Of a stretch of DNA of 64,000 nt, positions 1 through 7,701 are shown piece after piece. How positions within the stretch are numbered: the stretch's first letter is position 1; each line of letters opens with the position of its first letter. The translations under genes and the position numbers were made by a program. Where the stretch lies: assembly GCA_042408785.1 (NCBI GenBank), contig JBHOQU010000110.1:2691-66690 (forward strand), given 5' to 3'. Below the pieces are notes generated by a model. It had not been told where the DNA came from. It did no database searches and saw nothing but the letters and a program-made list of their open reading frames with translations. Source of the DNA: Dehalococcoidia bacterium (GTDB lineage Bacteria; Chloroflexota; Dehalococcoidia; JAUQQI01).

Positions 1-873
1 CCGCCTGGCCTGGGGAAAACCACCCTGGCCGGGATTATCGCCAACGAGCTGGGAGTTAACTTCCGGATAACCTCGGGGCCGGCCATCGAGCGGGCCGGCG
101 ACCTGGCGGCGATCCTCACCAGCCTCCAGCCGGGGGACGTTCTCTTCATCGACGAAATTCACCGGCTGAACCGGGCCGTCGAGGAGGTTCTTTACCCGGC
201 CATGGAGGACTTCGCCATCGACATCGTCCTGGGTAAAGGCCCGGGCGCCCGCTCCCTGCGCCTTCAGCTCAACAAGTTCACCCTCATCGGGGCCACAACC
301 CGCTATGCCCTCCTCTCCGCCCCCCTCCGGGACCGGTTTGGAGTCGTCTGCCGGCTGGATTTCTACGACCTGCCGGCGATGGTGCAGATCGTCAAGCGCT
401 CGGCCAGGATCCTGGGGGTGGAGGTCGACGAGGCCGGGGCCGAGGAGGTTGCCCGCCGGTCCCGGGGAACGCCCCGGGTGGCCAACCGGCTGCTGAAGCG
501 GGTGCGGGACTTTGCGCAGGTGATGGGCGACGGCCGCATCACCCGGGAAACGGCCCGCTTTGCCCTGGAGCGGCTGGAAGTGGACGAGGTGGGCCTGGAC
601 GAGGTGGACCGGCGGGTGCTCCGGACGGTTATCGAGAAGTTCGGGGGCGGGCCGGTGGGCCTCGAAACCATCGCCGCCGCCATCAGCGAAGACCCCGACA
701 CCATCGCCGACGTCTACGAGCCGTACCTGCTTCAGCTCGGCTTCCTCGACCGGACCCGGGTCGGGCGGGTGGCCACGCCGCGGGCCTATGAGCACCTCGG
801 CATACCCTACCCGGCCCACCGCCCGGCTCAGCCCCAGCTCTGGGAGGCCGCATCCGAGTCGCCGGCCGGGTGA
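1..873 (+). CDS. ruvB: Holliday junction branch-migration ATPase RuvB (5' end cut by window edge)
   Basis: Frame 1 from nt 1 gives the Walker [12 protein letters not shown], which continues into the listed ORF 202..873 with typical RuvB AAA+ and winged-helix C-terminal motifs; stop TGA at 871..873. Confidence 0.9.
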   Translation, partial: PPGLGKTTLAGIIANELGVNFRITSGPAIERAGDLAAILTSLQPGDVLFIDEIHRLNRAVEEVLYPAMEDFAIDIVLGKGPGARSLRLQLNKFTLIGATTRYALLSAPLRDRFGVVCRLDFYDLPAMVQIVKRSARILGVEVDEAGAEEVARRSRGTPRVANRLLKRVRDFAQVMGDGRITRETARFALERLEVDEVGLDEVDRRVLRTVIEKFGGGPVGLETIAAAISEDPDTIADVYEPYLLQLGFLDRTRVGRVATPRAYEHLGIPYPAHRPAQPQLWEAASESPAG

Positions 874-966
874 TTTTCAGCGCCATCCGGGCGCCGGGAT
901 GGCAAAATATCTACTGCCGTTGGGCGCGCTTTGCCAGATAACCCTGGTTTTTAGGAGGAAGTAGCT

Positions 967-1404
967 GTGGCAACCCACGCCGAGCCCGAGTTCAGACAAA
1001 GGATCCAACCCCACCGCATCGACGAAGTGGTGCTGGGGGTAAGCGACCTGGAAGAGTCCCTGAGCTTTTACCAGGATTCCCTGGGCTTTGAAGTCGAAGC
1101 CGTCGAACCTGATCGCGTGATTTTCAACGTGGGCAACGCCCGCCTCATTCTAGAAAAGTTGCCCGACGGGGCGGTGGCCGAGCCCCGGGGGCAGGGCGTT
1201 CGGCTCTACTTCGCCGTCCGTGACGTGCACGGCCACTTTCACCAGGCCCGGGAGATGGGCGTGACGCCCCTTGACCCCAATGAACCCGGCTTCGTCCTGG
1301 CGGAAGAACCGGTAACCCAACCGTGGGGCTACCGGGAATACCGGATCGAGGACCCCGACGGCTACCAGCTCTTTTTCCGCCAGAAAATCGAGCAGATGGA
1401 GTAG
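967..1404 (+). CDS. VOC / glyoxalase-bleomycin resistance family protein
   Basis: 145 aa; GTG start preceded by RBS taGGAGGAag; glyoxalase-like beta-alpha-beta(3) pattern (VLGVSDLEESLSFY...GFEVE). Confidence 0.65.
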   Translation: MATHAEPEFRQRIQPHRIDEVVLGVSDLEESLSFYQDSLGFEVEAVEPDRVIFNVGNARLILEKLPDGAVAEPRGQGVRLYFAVRDVHGHFHQAREMGVTPLDPNEPGFVLAEEPVTQPWGYREYRIEDPDGYQLFFRQKIEQME

Positions 1405-1434
1405 CCGGGCCAAAAAAACCGGCCCGGGATTTTT
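1405..1434 (+). terminator. rho-independent terminator (CCGGGCC-a7cc-GGCCCGG followed by TTTTT)
   Basis: 7-bp GC stem then a T-run directly after the glyoxalase stop codon. Confidence 0.6.
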
Positions 1435-1455
1435 CAGGCGGACGGCCCTTCGGCC

Positions 1456-1484
1456 TTGACAGACATAACCGCATCCGCTATCTT
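1456..1484 (+). promoter_or_regulatory. sigma-A-like promoter for the TrmB regulator (TTGACA-17-TATCTT)
   Basis: Exact -35 TTGACA at 1456..1461, a 17-nt spacer and a 4/6 match -10 at 1479..1484. Confidence 0.4.
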
Positions 1485-1496
1485 TAAGTAGACGTT

Positions 1497-1518
1497 AGTA
1501 GTTGGCATCCCAACTACT
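1497..1518. promoter_or_regulatory. 9-4-9 perfect inverted repeat AGTAGTTGG-catc-CCAACTACT between the -10 and RBS of the TrmB gene (candidate autoregulatory operator)
   Basis: Perfect palindrome immediately downstream of the predicted promoter and upstream of RBS AAAGGAG. Confidence 0.4.
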
Positions 1519-1534
1519 TAAAAGGAGTGGGCCG

Positions 1535-2410
1535 ATGGCCGACCCGGTTTTGACCCTTCGGCTGCTGGGCTTCGCCGAGTACGAGGCCCGGGCCTATACC
1601 GCCCTTCTGCGCCGCAGCCCCCTGAACGGTTACGAGCTCGCCAAGCTCTCCGGCGTTCCCCGGGCCGATATCTATGCCGTCCTCCAGCGCCTTGAGGAGC
1701 GGGGGGCGGTGGTCCGGGTCGATGCCGAGGCCGGCGTTCGCTACGCCCCAATTCCCCCCGATGAGCTTATCGCCCGACTCCAGAGCCGCTACCACGGCCT
1801 CCTGGAGGATGCCCGCCGGGCCCTCGCCGAGCTGACGGCCCCGGCCGAATATGAATCTGTCTGGAATACCCGGGGCTATTCCGCCCTCCTCGACCATGCC
1901 CGGAGCCTGGTGGCCTCGGCCCAGGGCGAGCTCCTGGTGGGGCTTTACCCGCCGGAGGCCCAGGCCCTCGGTCCCGACCTGGGTCGGGCCGAGGGGCGGG
2001 GTGTGGGGGTCACCACCGTCTGTTTTGCCGGCTGCCCCCAGGAGTGCGGGGCCTGTCGGGGCCGGGTTTACCGCTACCGGATCGTCCCCGAGGGTCCGGC
2101 CCGCTGGCTCATCGTCGTACCCGACCAGGCCGAAGTCCTGGCCGGGGAGATCACCGGCGACCGGGAGGCCATGGCCGTGCGCACCCGCCAGCGGCTGCTG
2201 GTGGACCTGGCCGGCTGGTACCTGCGAAATAGCATCGCCCTGGCCGCCGTTCTGGCCGACCTGGATGCCCGTCTGGACGGCCTTTTGAAGCCCGAAACCA
2301 GGGCCGTTTTCCGGGCCCTGAGTCCGAAGGGGCGGCCGGCCGACTGGCTCAGCTATCTGCGCGGCCTGCTCAAAATGGGGCCGGGCATGAGGTCGGCCGA
2401 AGGGGGTTAA
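1535..2410 (+). CDS. TrmB family transcriptional regulator (N-terminal wHTH plus C-terminal sensor domain)
   Basis: ATG 1535 after RBS AAAGGAG (in frame with ORF 1502..2410); LTLRLLGFAEYEARAYTALLRRSPLNGYELAKLSGVPRADIYAVLQRLEERG matches the TrmB HTH. Confidence 0.7.
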   Translation: MADPVLTLRLLGFAEYEARAYTALLRRSPLNGYELAKLSGVPRADIYAVLQRLEERGAVVRVDAEAGVRYAPIPPDELIARLQSRYHGLLEDARRALAELTAPAEYESVWNTRGYSALLDHARSLVASAQGELLVGLYPPEAQALGPDLGRAEGRGVGVTTVCFAGCPQECGACRGRVYRYRIVPEGPARWLIVVPDQAEVLAGEITGDREAMAVRTRQRLLVDLAGWYLRNSIALAAVLADLDARLDGLLKPETRAVFRALSPKGRPADWLSYLRGLLKMGPGMRSAEGG

Positions 2411-2413
2411 GGG

Positions 2414-2710
2414 GTGGTTTCTGCCCGGAGGGCCTTTCGGCGGCTGGGGAGGGAGGTCGGGGGCTGGCCCCCCTTGATGCGCCTCGGCCTGGGGGTCTTT
2501 GCCGTCGGCGGCTCGGCCGACCTCGCTTACCATGCCGGGCTTCAGACCGCCTGGGCAATCCCGGCCGCGGCGGCTTTCTGGGCCCACCTTATCACCCTCG
2601 TCGGCATGGTTGTAACCATGCTGGGAGTCTTAACCGGGAGGAGGTGGAAGCGCAGAATCCAACAGCCCCCTAGCCCTGGTCTAGGCCTAAGAATTCCGAA
2701 GGAGGTGTAA
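2414..2710 (+). CDS. small two-TM membrane protein, hypothetical
   Basis: GTG start 4 nt after the TrmB stop; hydrophobic helices; coding-like GC3. Confidence 0.4.
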   Translation: MVSARRAFRRLGREVGGWPPLMRLGLGVFAVGGSADLAYHAGLQTAWAIPAAAAFWAHLITLVGMVVTMLGVLTGRRWKRRIQQPPSPGLGLRIPKEV

Positions 2711-2713
2711 CCC

Positions 2714-3013
2714 ATGCCTATCGGCGCGTTTATCAACGTCCTTCCGCCGGCGGCGTTCTTGCTGGTTCACCTGGTGGCCTTCCTCATCGGCGCCTACTTC
2801 GCCTACCGGGCCTTCGGGGCCGGCCTGAATACCTTCGGCTGGGCCTTCACCCTCTACGCCCTGGCCGAAATCGTCTACATGACCTACCACCTGGACATCA
2901 CCGTCTTCCTGTTCGCCCACACCATCTCCGAGGTTCTCGACCTGGTCGCCTTCGTCCTGGTCTTCGTCGCCGGGGTCCAGCGGGTTCTGGCCGGGCGGCC
3001 GGCGGCAACCTAG
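2714..3013 (+). CDS. small three-TM membrane protein, hypothetical
   Basis: ATG after RBS GAAGGAGG; 99 aa, highly hydrophobic. Confidence 0.55.
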   Translation: MPIGAFINVLPPAAFLLVHLVAFLIGAYFAYRAFGAGLNTFGWAFTLYALAEIVYMTYHLDITVFLFAHTISEVLDLVAFVLVFVAGVQRVLAGRPAAT

Positions 3014-3014
3014 G

Positions 3015-3392
3015 TTGGGGATTTTTTTGAAGCTCAGCCGGCTGCTTGTGCTCGTCGGACTGCTGGGGGTGCTGGGGGCGGCCTGTGCCCCGGCCGGGAC
3101 CACCGCCGCCCCGGTGGAGACCGACCAGGTTAAGATGGCCAAATCGTACCGGTTTGACCCCGGGGTGATCAAGGTCAGGGTCGGCGCCACGGTCACGTGG
3201 TTTAACGACGATAACTTTACCCACGACGTGAACTTTACCCGGGGCCCGGCCCGGTTTCACAGTCCGCCCCTGCGGCCCGGGGAGCGGACCTCATTCACCT
3301 TCACCCAGCCGGGAGAATACGAGTACGAGTGCAGCTTTCACCCCCAGAACATGAAAGGCAAGGTGATAGTCGAGGGGACGTCCGGCTACTGA
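3015..3392 (+). CDS. cupredoxin-fold (plastocyanin/amicyanin-like) copper-binding lipoprotein
   Basis: Signal peptide with lipobox LGAAC; type-1 Cu ligands H (FTHDV) ... C-x2-H-x4-M (CSFHPQNM). Confidence 0.7.
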   Translation: MGIFLKLSRLLVLVGLLGVLGAACAPAGTTAAPVETDQVKMAKSYRFDPGVIKVRVGATVTWFNDDNFTHDVNFTRGPARFHSPPLRPGERTSFTFTQPGEYEYECSFHPQNMKGKVIVEGTSGY

Positions 3393-3426
3393 AAAACCCC
3401 CGCCCGCCGTACACTCCTACGCCCGG

Positions 3427-3463
3427 CGCCTGGGCCCGGAAATTTCCGGGCCCAGGCGTTTTT
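3427..3463 (+). terminator. rho-independent terminator (13-bp GC stem CGCCTGGGCCCGG / CCGGGCCCAGGCG followed by TTTTT)
   Basis: Perfect hairpin plus T-run 35 nt after the cupredoxin stop. Confidence 0.75.
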
Positions 3464-3508
3464 ATCCACTTTTTGGCACGGGAGCTGTCCTGACGGGGCC
3501 GCTGACCC

Positions 3509-3538
3509 TTGACAGTCCACCCGGCCGTTGCTTAAAAT
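3509..3538 (+). promoter_or_regulatory. sigma-A-like promoter (TTGACA-18-TAAAAT)
   Basis: Exact -35 and a 5/6 -10 upstream of the SprT-like gene. Confidence 0.4.
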
Positions 3539-3585
3539 CGCGGCGTCTTGAACCCCCAAAATCAGGCTTAAGGAGAAGGGACCAG

Positions 3586-4020
3586 TTGCGGTCGGATTTG
3601 TGGCTCAGCCGGGAGCTTGACCGAATTTGGCAAACCCATTTTGCGGATGTCCCGCGGGTCAATGAGGTGGTTATTCGGTTTATGGGTAGCTGGAAAACCC
3701 GCCTCGGGGTTATTAAACTTTCGGAGTGCCAGCGGCACACCCTGATCGGCATAAACAGCCTGCTTCGGCTGCCCGCGGTCCCGCCGCTCATCGTCGAGGT
3801 GACCATTGCCCACGAACTGGTCCACTATGCCCACGGCTTCGGGTCGCCCCTGCCCCGCAAATACCGGTATCCCCACCGGGGCGGGGTTGTTGAGCGGGAG
3901 CTTCGCCGGCGGGGTCTCGGGGAGAAGCTGGCCGAGTACAGCCGCTGGCTAGAGGAGCACTGGTTCCCCCTTTACGACCACATCTGCCTCAACGGCCACA
4001 GGTTGGGTCTGGCCGTTTGA
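3586..4020 (+). CDS. SprT-like / DUF45-type zinc metallohydrolase (HExxH)
   Basis: TTG start after RBS GGAGAAGGG; motif IAHELVHYAHGF. Confidence 0.5.
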   Translation: MRSDLWLSRELDRIWQTHFADVPRVNEVVIRFMGSWKTRLGVIKLSECQRHTLIGINSLLRLPAVPPLIVEVTIAHELVHYAHGFGSPLPRKYRYPHRGGVVERELRRRGLGEKLAEYSRWLEEHWFPLYDHICLNGHRLGLAV

Positions 4021-4036
4021 CGGCGGCCGGGGGCCG

Positions 4037-4627
4037 TCAGGCCCGGCTGAGTGCCGGCAGACGCTCCAGGGTGGCCACGTTCGCGCCCTGCCGGACCATC
4101 TCCTCGATGGCCTCCTCGGAGTCGTGGGGCTTCAAGTTGACGCCCCGAATTGCATCCAGGAGGACGGTCACCTTAAAGCCCCGCTTGAGGGCTTCGAGGA
4201 CGGTCCAGCGGACGCAGTAGTCGGTGGCCAGGCCCCCAACGTAAAGGTGGTCGATGCCCCGCCGCCTCAGCCCCTCCTCCAGCGGGGTGCCGTCGGCCTC
4301 GAAGCCGTCGAAGGCCGAGTAGCTGTCCCGCTCCGGGTCCATCCCCTTGGAGATGACGACGGCCTCCCCGAGCTTTAAATCGGGGTGGAACTCGGCGCCC
4401 GGGCTCCCCTGGATGCAGTGGGGCGGCCAGACCCCGCCGTACTGCCGGAAATGCTTGGTCACCTCCGGGTGCCAGTCGCGGGAGACAAACATGGGCCGGC
4501 CGGCTTCCCGGAACCGCTCGATGTATTTGTTAACAACGGGGACAATCTTATCCCCCTCGGGGACGGGAAGGGCCCCACCGGGCATGAAATCCAGCTGCGG
4601 GTCCACGATAAGCAAGGCCTCGGCCAT
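4037..4627 (-). CDS. isochorismatase-family hydrolase (nicotinamidase/pyrazinamidase PncA-like)
   Basis: IVDPQLDFMPGGAL ... catalytic Cys in GLATDYCV; about 195 aa, typical size. Confidence 0.7.
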   Translation of the reverse strand: MAEALLIVDPQLDFMPGGALPVPEGDKIVPVVNKYIERFREAGRPMFVSRDWHPEVTKHFRQYGGVWPPHCIQGSPGAEFHPDLKLGEAVVISKGMDPERDSYSAFDGFEADGTPLEEGLRRRGIDHLYVGGLATDYCVRWTVLEALKRGFKVTVLLDAIRGVNLKPHDSEEAIEEMVRQGANVATLERLPALSRA

Positions 4628-4668
4628 CGAGCCTCACCTCCACCTGGGTTTTCTACAAAGATTTTAAA

Positions 4669-5583
4669 TCAACCCTGCCCACCGAAATAATCCGCCACCA
4701 GCCGGGCCGCCTCGGCGATGGCCTCTTCGGCCTCCCCATAGTCGGCCAGGTCGCCCGTCAGCACCACCAGGACCACCGGACCTGCCGGCAGGTAGATTAT
4801 CCCGGCGTCGTGGGCGATTCCGGGCAGGCTTCCGGTCTTGTGGGCCACCGGCAGCCCCGCCGGCAGCCCGGCGGGGATCCGGCGGTTGTCCCGCTGTCGG
4901 AGGAGCACGTCCCGCATCTGCCGGCTGGCTTCGGGGCTTACCGCCCGCCCGGTCTCAATAAGCTCGAAGATCTTGAGCACATCGGCCGGGGTGGTGGTTG
5001 CCCCCGACCAGTCGATGTGGGTGTCCGTCAGGCCGTAGCGTTTAAGGATCCCGTTGATCCGGTCAACGCCCAGCAGCTGCATGAAGACCAGGGCGGTGGG
5101 GTTGTCGCTTAAGGTGATCATTGCCTCCAGGGCCTCCCAGCCGCTTACCACATCCCCGGCGTAGTAGACGCTCCATTCGCTGGCATTTACCGCCCACTCG
5201 GGGAGGGTGATAGGGTCGTCCAGGTTCAGTTCGCCCGCCTCCACCGCCTCGAAGAGGGCAAGCATCACCCCGAGCTTGTAAAGGCTGGCGGCCTCGAAGA
5301 CCTGGTCCGGGTTGTAAGCGGCCGCCTCGCCCGTGCGCAGATTTTTGACGGCAATCCCGATGGTCCCAAAGTCGGCCGGCAGCCCGGCCACGAACCGGTC
5401 GACCCGGGCCTGGAGGATACCGCCCAGCTTTGGCCGGGGCTGGGCACTCCTCACCGGAGTCAGCGGGGAACCCACCTGGCTTTCCCGGCTCCAGAAGGGC
5501 AGACCGACGGCGGTGCCGGCGATCAGGCCGACCGCCAGCAGGAAGGCCCACCGCCGGGGCAGAGGGGGTTGCCTGCGCTTCAC
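4669..5583 (-). CDS. class A beta-lactamase-related serine hydrolase (secreted)
   Basis: Signal/TM at N-terminus; SxxK (ASLYK), SDN (LSDN) and KTG motifs in the canonical order. Confidence 0.6.
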   Translation of the reverse strand: MKRRQPPLPRRWAFLLAVGLIAGTAVGLPFWSRESQVGSPLTPVRSAQPRPKLGGILQARVDRFVAGLPADFGTIGIAVKNLRTGEAAAYNPDQVFEAASLYKLGVMLALFEAVEAGELNLDDPITLPEWAVNASEWSVYYAGDVVSGWEALEAMITLSDNPTALVFMQLLGVDRINGILKRYGLTDTHIDWSGATTTPADVLKIFELIETGRAVSPEASRQMRDVLLRQRDNRRIPAGLPAGLPVAHKTGSLPGIAHDAGIIYLPAGPVVLVVLTGDLADYGEAEEAIAEAARLVADYFGGQG

Positions 5584-6401
5584 GGCCGGTAGATGCCCTG
5601 AAAATACTCCTCCAGGGAGATTCCGGCCCGGTGGAGCTGGGTTGCCAGCTCGACCCCCACGAACCGGAAGTGCCAGGGCTCATAATCATACCCCGTTATA
5701 GCTTCCTTGCCGGGGGGGTAGCTCATTACGAACCCGAACCGGTGGGCGTTGGCCTGAAGCCAGCGCCCCTCCGGGGTGTCCGCAAAACTTTCGGTGAGCT
5801 GGTAGGTTGCCCGGGGGCTGGTGAGGTCGACGGTGGTGCCCAGTTGGTGCTCGCTGTGGCCGGGGCGGGCGCTCACCCGGACCGCCCGCGCCTCGCCCAG
5901 CACCCTCACCCAGTAGCTGTGGACGGCCGCCTGGGTCTGGTAGGACCGGTAGGCCGAGCTGACGACGATTTCCAGGCCTTCCGCCCGGGCCGCCTCGATA
6001 AGCTCCCGGAGGGGGCCGAGGGCGACCCGGCGGAGGAGCATGCCCTGAACGGTGACGGGCACCCCGGTAATGGGCACCAGGTCCGGGGGCACGTAGTCGG
6101 GGGGAAGGCTCCGCTCCCGGTTGACCCAGAGAAGCAGACCCTGGTCATCCCGGGGCGGGGTGAAGGGTGGGGCCGAAGCCTCGGGGCCCGGGGTCGCCGT
6201 GGGGTCCGGCGGCGGGGCGACCGCCGGCGGGGCGGCGGTGGCCTCGGAACCGGGCGGGGTGTCGGCCAGGCCCTGGGAACCCTGGTGGGGCCAGAGCACC
6301 GCCCCAAGGCCGACGGTGAGCACCAGGGCCGCCAGGGCAACCCAGCCCCAGGTCGGCCGGCGGGACCGCCTTCCCCGACGCGGACCGGTTGGGGGTATCA
6401 C
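5580..6401 (-). CDS. VanY-type D-alanyl-D-alanine carboxypeptidase (peptidase M15B), membrane-anchored with a Pro/Ala-rich linker
   Basis: SAYRSYQTQ ... SEHQLGTTVD ... EPWHFRF zinc-binding motifs; 4-nt overlap with the downstream beta-lactamase-like gene. Confidence 0.7.
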   Translation of the reverse strand: MIPPTGPRRGRRSRRPTWGWVALAALVLTVGLGAVLWPHQGSQGLADTPPGSEATAAPPAVAPPPDPTATPGPEASAPPFTPPRDDQGLLLWVNRERSLPPDYVPPDLVPITGVPVTVQGMLLRRVALGPLRELIEAARAEGLEIVVSSAYRSYQTQAAVHSYWVRVLGEARAVRVSARPGHSEHQLGTTVDLTSPRATYQLTESFADTPEGRWLQANAHRFGFVMSYPPGKEAITGYDYEPWHFRFVGVELATQLHRAGISLEEYFQGIYRP

Positions 6402-6499
6402 ACCTGAATCATAAGCCTACCGGCCGGCCCCTGTAAACAGGAAGCGGCCCTGTGCTAATATCAGGCGGACCAAAGGCCGACGGGTGAGGTGATTTAAAA

Positions 6500-7546
6500 A
6501 TGCGGGTCGAATACCACATCCAGGGACGGGACTTGCGGGCACTGCCCGAACTGGTCCGCCGGGTCGAAGAGGTCGGCTACGACGCCGTGACCAGCAGCGA
6601 GACCAGCCACGACCCCTTCCTGCCGCTGGTCCTGGCCGCCGAACACTCACAACGACTGCTGCTGGGCACCTCGGTCGCCATCGCCTTCCCCCGAAGCCCC
6701 ATGGTGGTGGCTTACCTGGCCTGGGATTTGCAGAAGTTTTCGGGCGGCCGCTTCGTCCTGGGTCTGGGAACCCAGGTCAAAGGCCACAACGAGCGGCGGT
6801 TCAGCGTGCCCTGGACCGCCCCCGGTCCCCGCCTTCGGGAATACATCGGGGCCCTGCGGGCCATCTGGGACTGCTGGCAGAACGGCACCCCCCTCAACTT
6901 CCGGGGAAAACACTACACGTTTACCCTGATGACCCCGTTTTTCAACCCGGGCCCCATCGAGCATCCCCGAATTCCCGTTCACATCGCGGCCGTCAATGCC
7001 TTTATGGCCCGCCTTGCAGGCGAAATCTGCGACGGCATCCGGCTGCATTCGTTTCTGAGCCCGAAATACCTTCGGGAAGTGATCATCCCGGCGGTGCAGG
7101 CCGGGGCGGCCCGGGCCGGCCGAGCCCTCGACGACTTTGAGCTGGCCGGAGCCGGCTTCGTGATTGCCGGCCGGACCGAGGCGGACCTCGCCCCCCAGCG
7201 GGAGGCGGTCCGGCGCCAGCTGGCCTTTTACGCCTCCACCCGCACCTACCGGCCGGTGATGGCGATCCACGGCTGGGGAGAGACCGTGGACCAGCTCCAC
7301 CGGCTCTCCCTGCAGGGCCGCTGGGCCGAGATGGCCGGCCTCATCACCGACGAGATGCTCGAAACCTACGCCACCATCGGCACCTACGACGAGATCGCCG
7401 ACCGCCTGCGGGAACGGTACCGCGGCCTGGTAACCTCGGTGGCCCTTAACCTGCCCCTGGAGACGGCCGAAGACCGGGAGCTGGCGAGGGAGGTCATCGC
7501 CAGGGTCAAAAAGATCGAGGCCTTCTCCGCCGCCCCGGCAAGATAA
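6500..7546 (+). CDS. LLM-class (luciferase-like) flavin/F420-dependent oxidoreductase
   Basis: 348 aa TIM-barrel LLM signature (GYDAVTSSETSHDPF..., LGLGTQVKGHNERRF). Confidence 0.7.
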   Translation: MRVEYHIQGRDLRALPELVRRVEEVGYDAVTSSETSHDPFLPLVLAAEHSQRLLLGTSVAIAFPRSPMVVAYLAWDLQKFSGGRFVLGLGTQVKGHNERRFSVPWTAPGPRLREYIGALRAIWDCWQNGTPLNFRGKHYTFTLMTPFFNPGPIEHPRIPVHIAAVNAFMARLAGEICDGIRLHSFLSPKYLREVIIPAVQAGAARAGRALDDFELAGAGFVIAGRTEADLAPQREAVRRQLAFYASTRTYRPVMAIHGWGETVDQLHRLSLQGRWAEMAGLITDEMLETYATIGTYDEIADRLRERYRGLVTSVALNLPLETAEDRELAREVIARVKKIEAFSAAPAR

Positions 7547-7613
7547 CGGCCTGCCGTCCGAACCAAGGCAATCGGGGGTATCCGGTCCCGGGCACCGACG
7601 GCCTAACGGGTGC

Positions 7614-7633
7614 TCCACGGCCAGCTGGCCGTG
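7614..7633. repeat. 20-nt perfect palindrome CCACGGCCAG|CTGGCCGTGG between convergent genes
   Basis: Self-complementary sequence; possible bidirectional hairpin, no U-run. Confidence 0.3.
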
Positions 7634-7701
7634 GAACCGCCAGGCCCCGAACTTCAGGCCCCGGGTTCGCCCCCAGGCCCTTCGCCCAGGGTCCGGCCGG
7701 G

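Noticed and set aside
1514-2587. Long antisense ORFs listed by the six-frame track throughout the window (for example 1514..2587 -, 5430..6407 +, 6647..7618 -, 7774..8670 +, 16246..16785 -, 22623..23585 +, 24522..25394 -, 41903..42646 -, 55518..56828 +, 57946..59493 +, 62321..63883 +)
   Set aside because: At about 70% GC, stop codons are rare in all frames. These products are Arg/Pro/Gly/Ala low-complexity and lie opposite genes with clear family motifs, so they are shadow ORFs.
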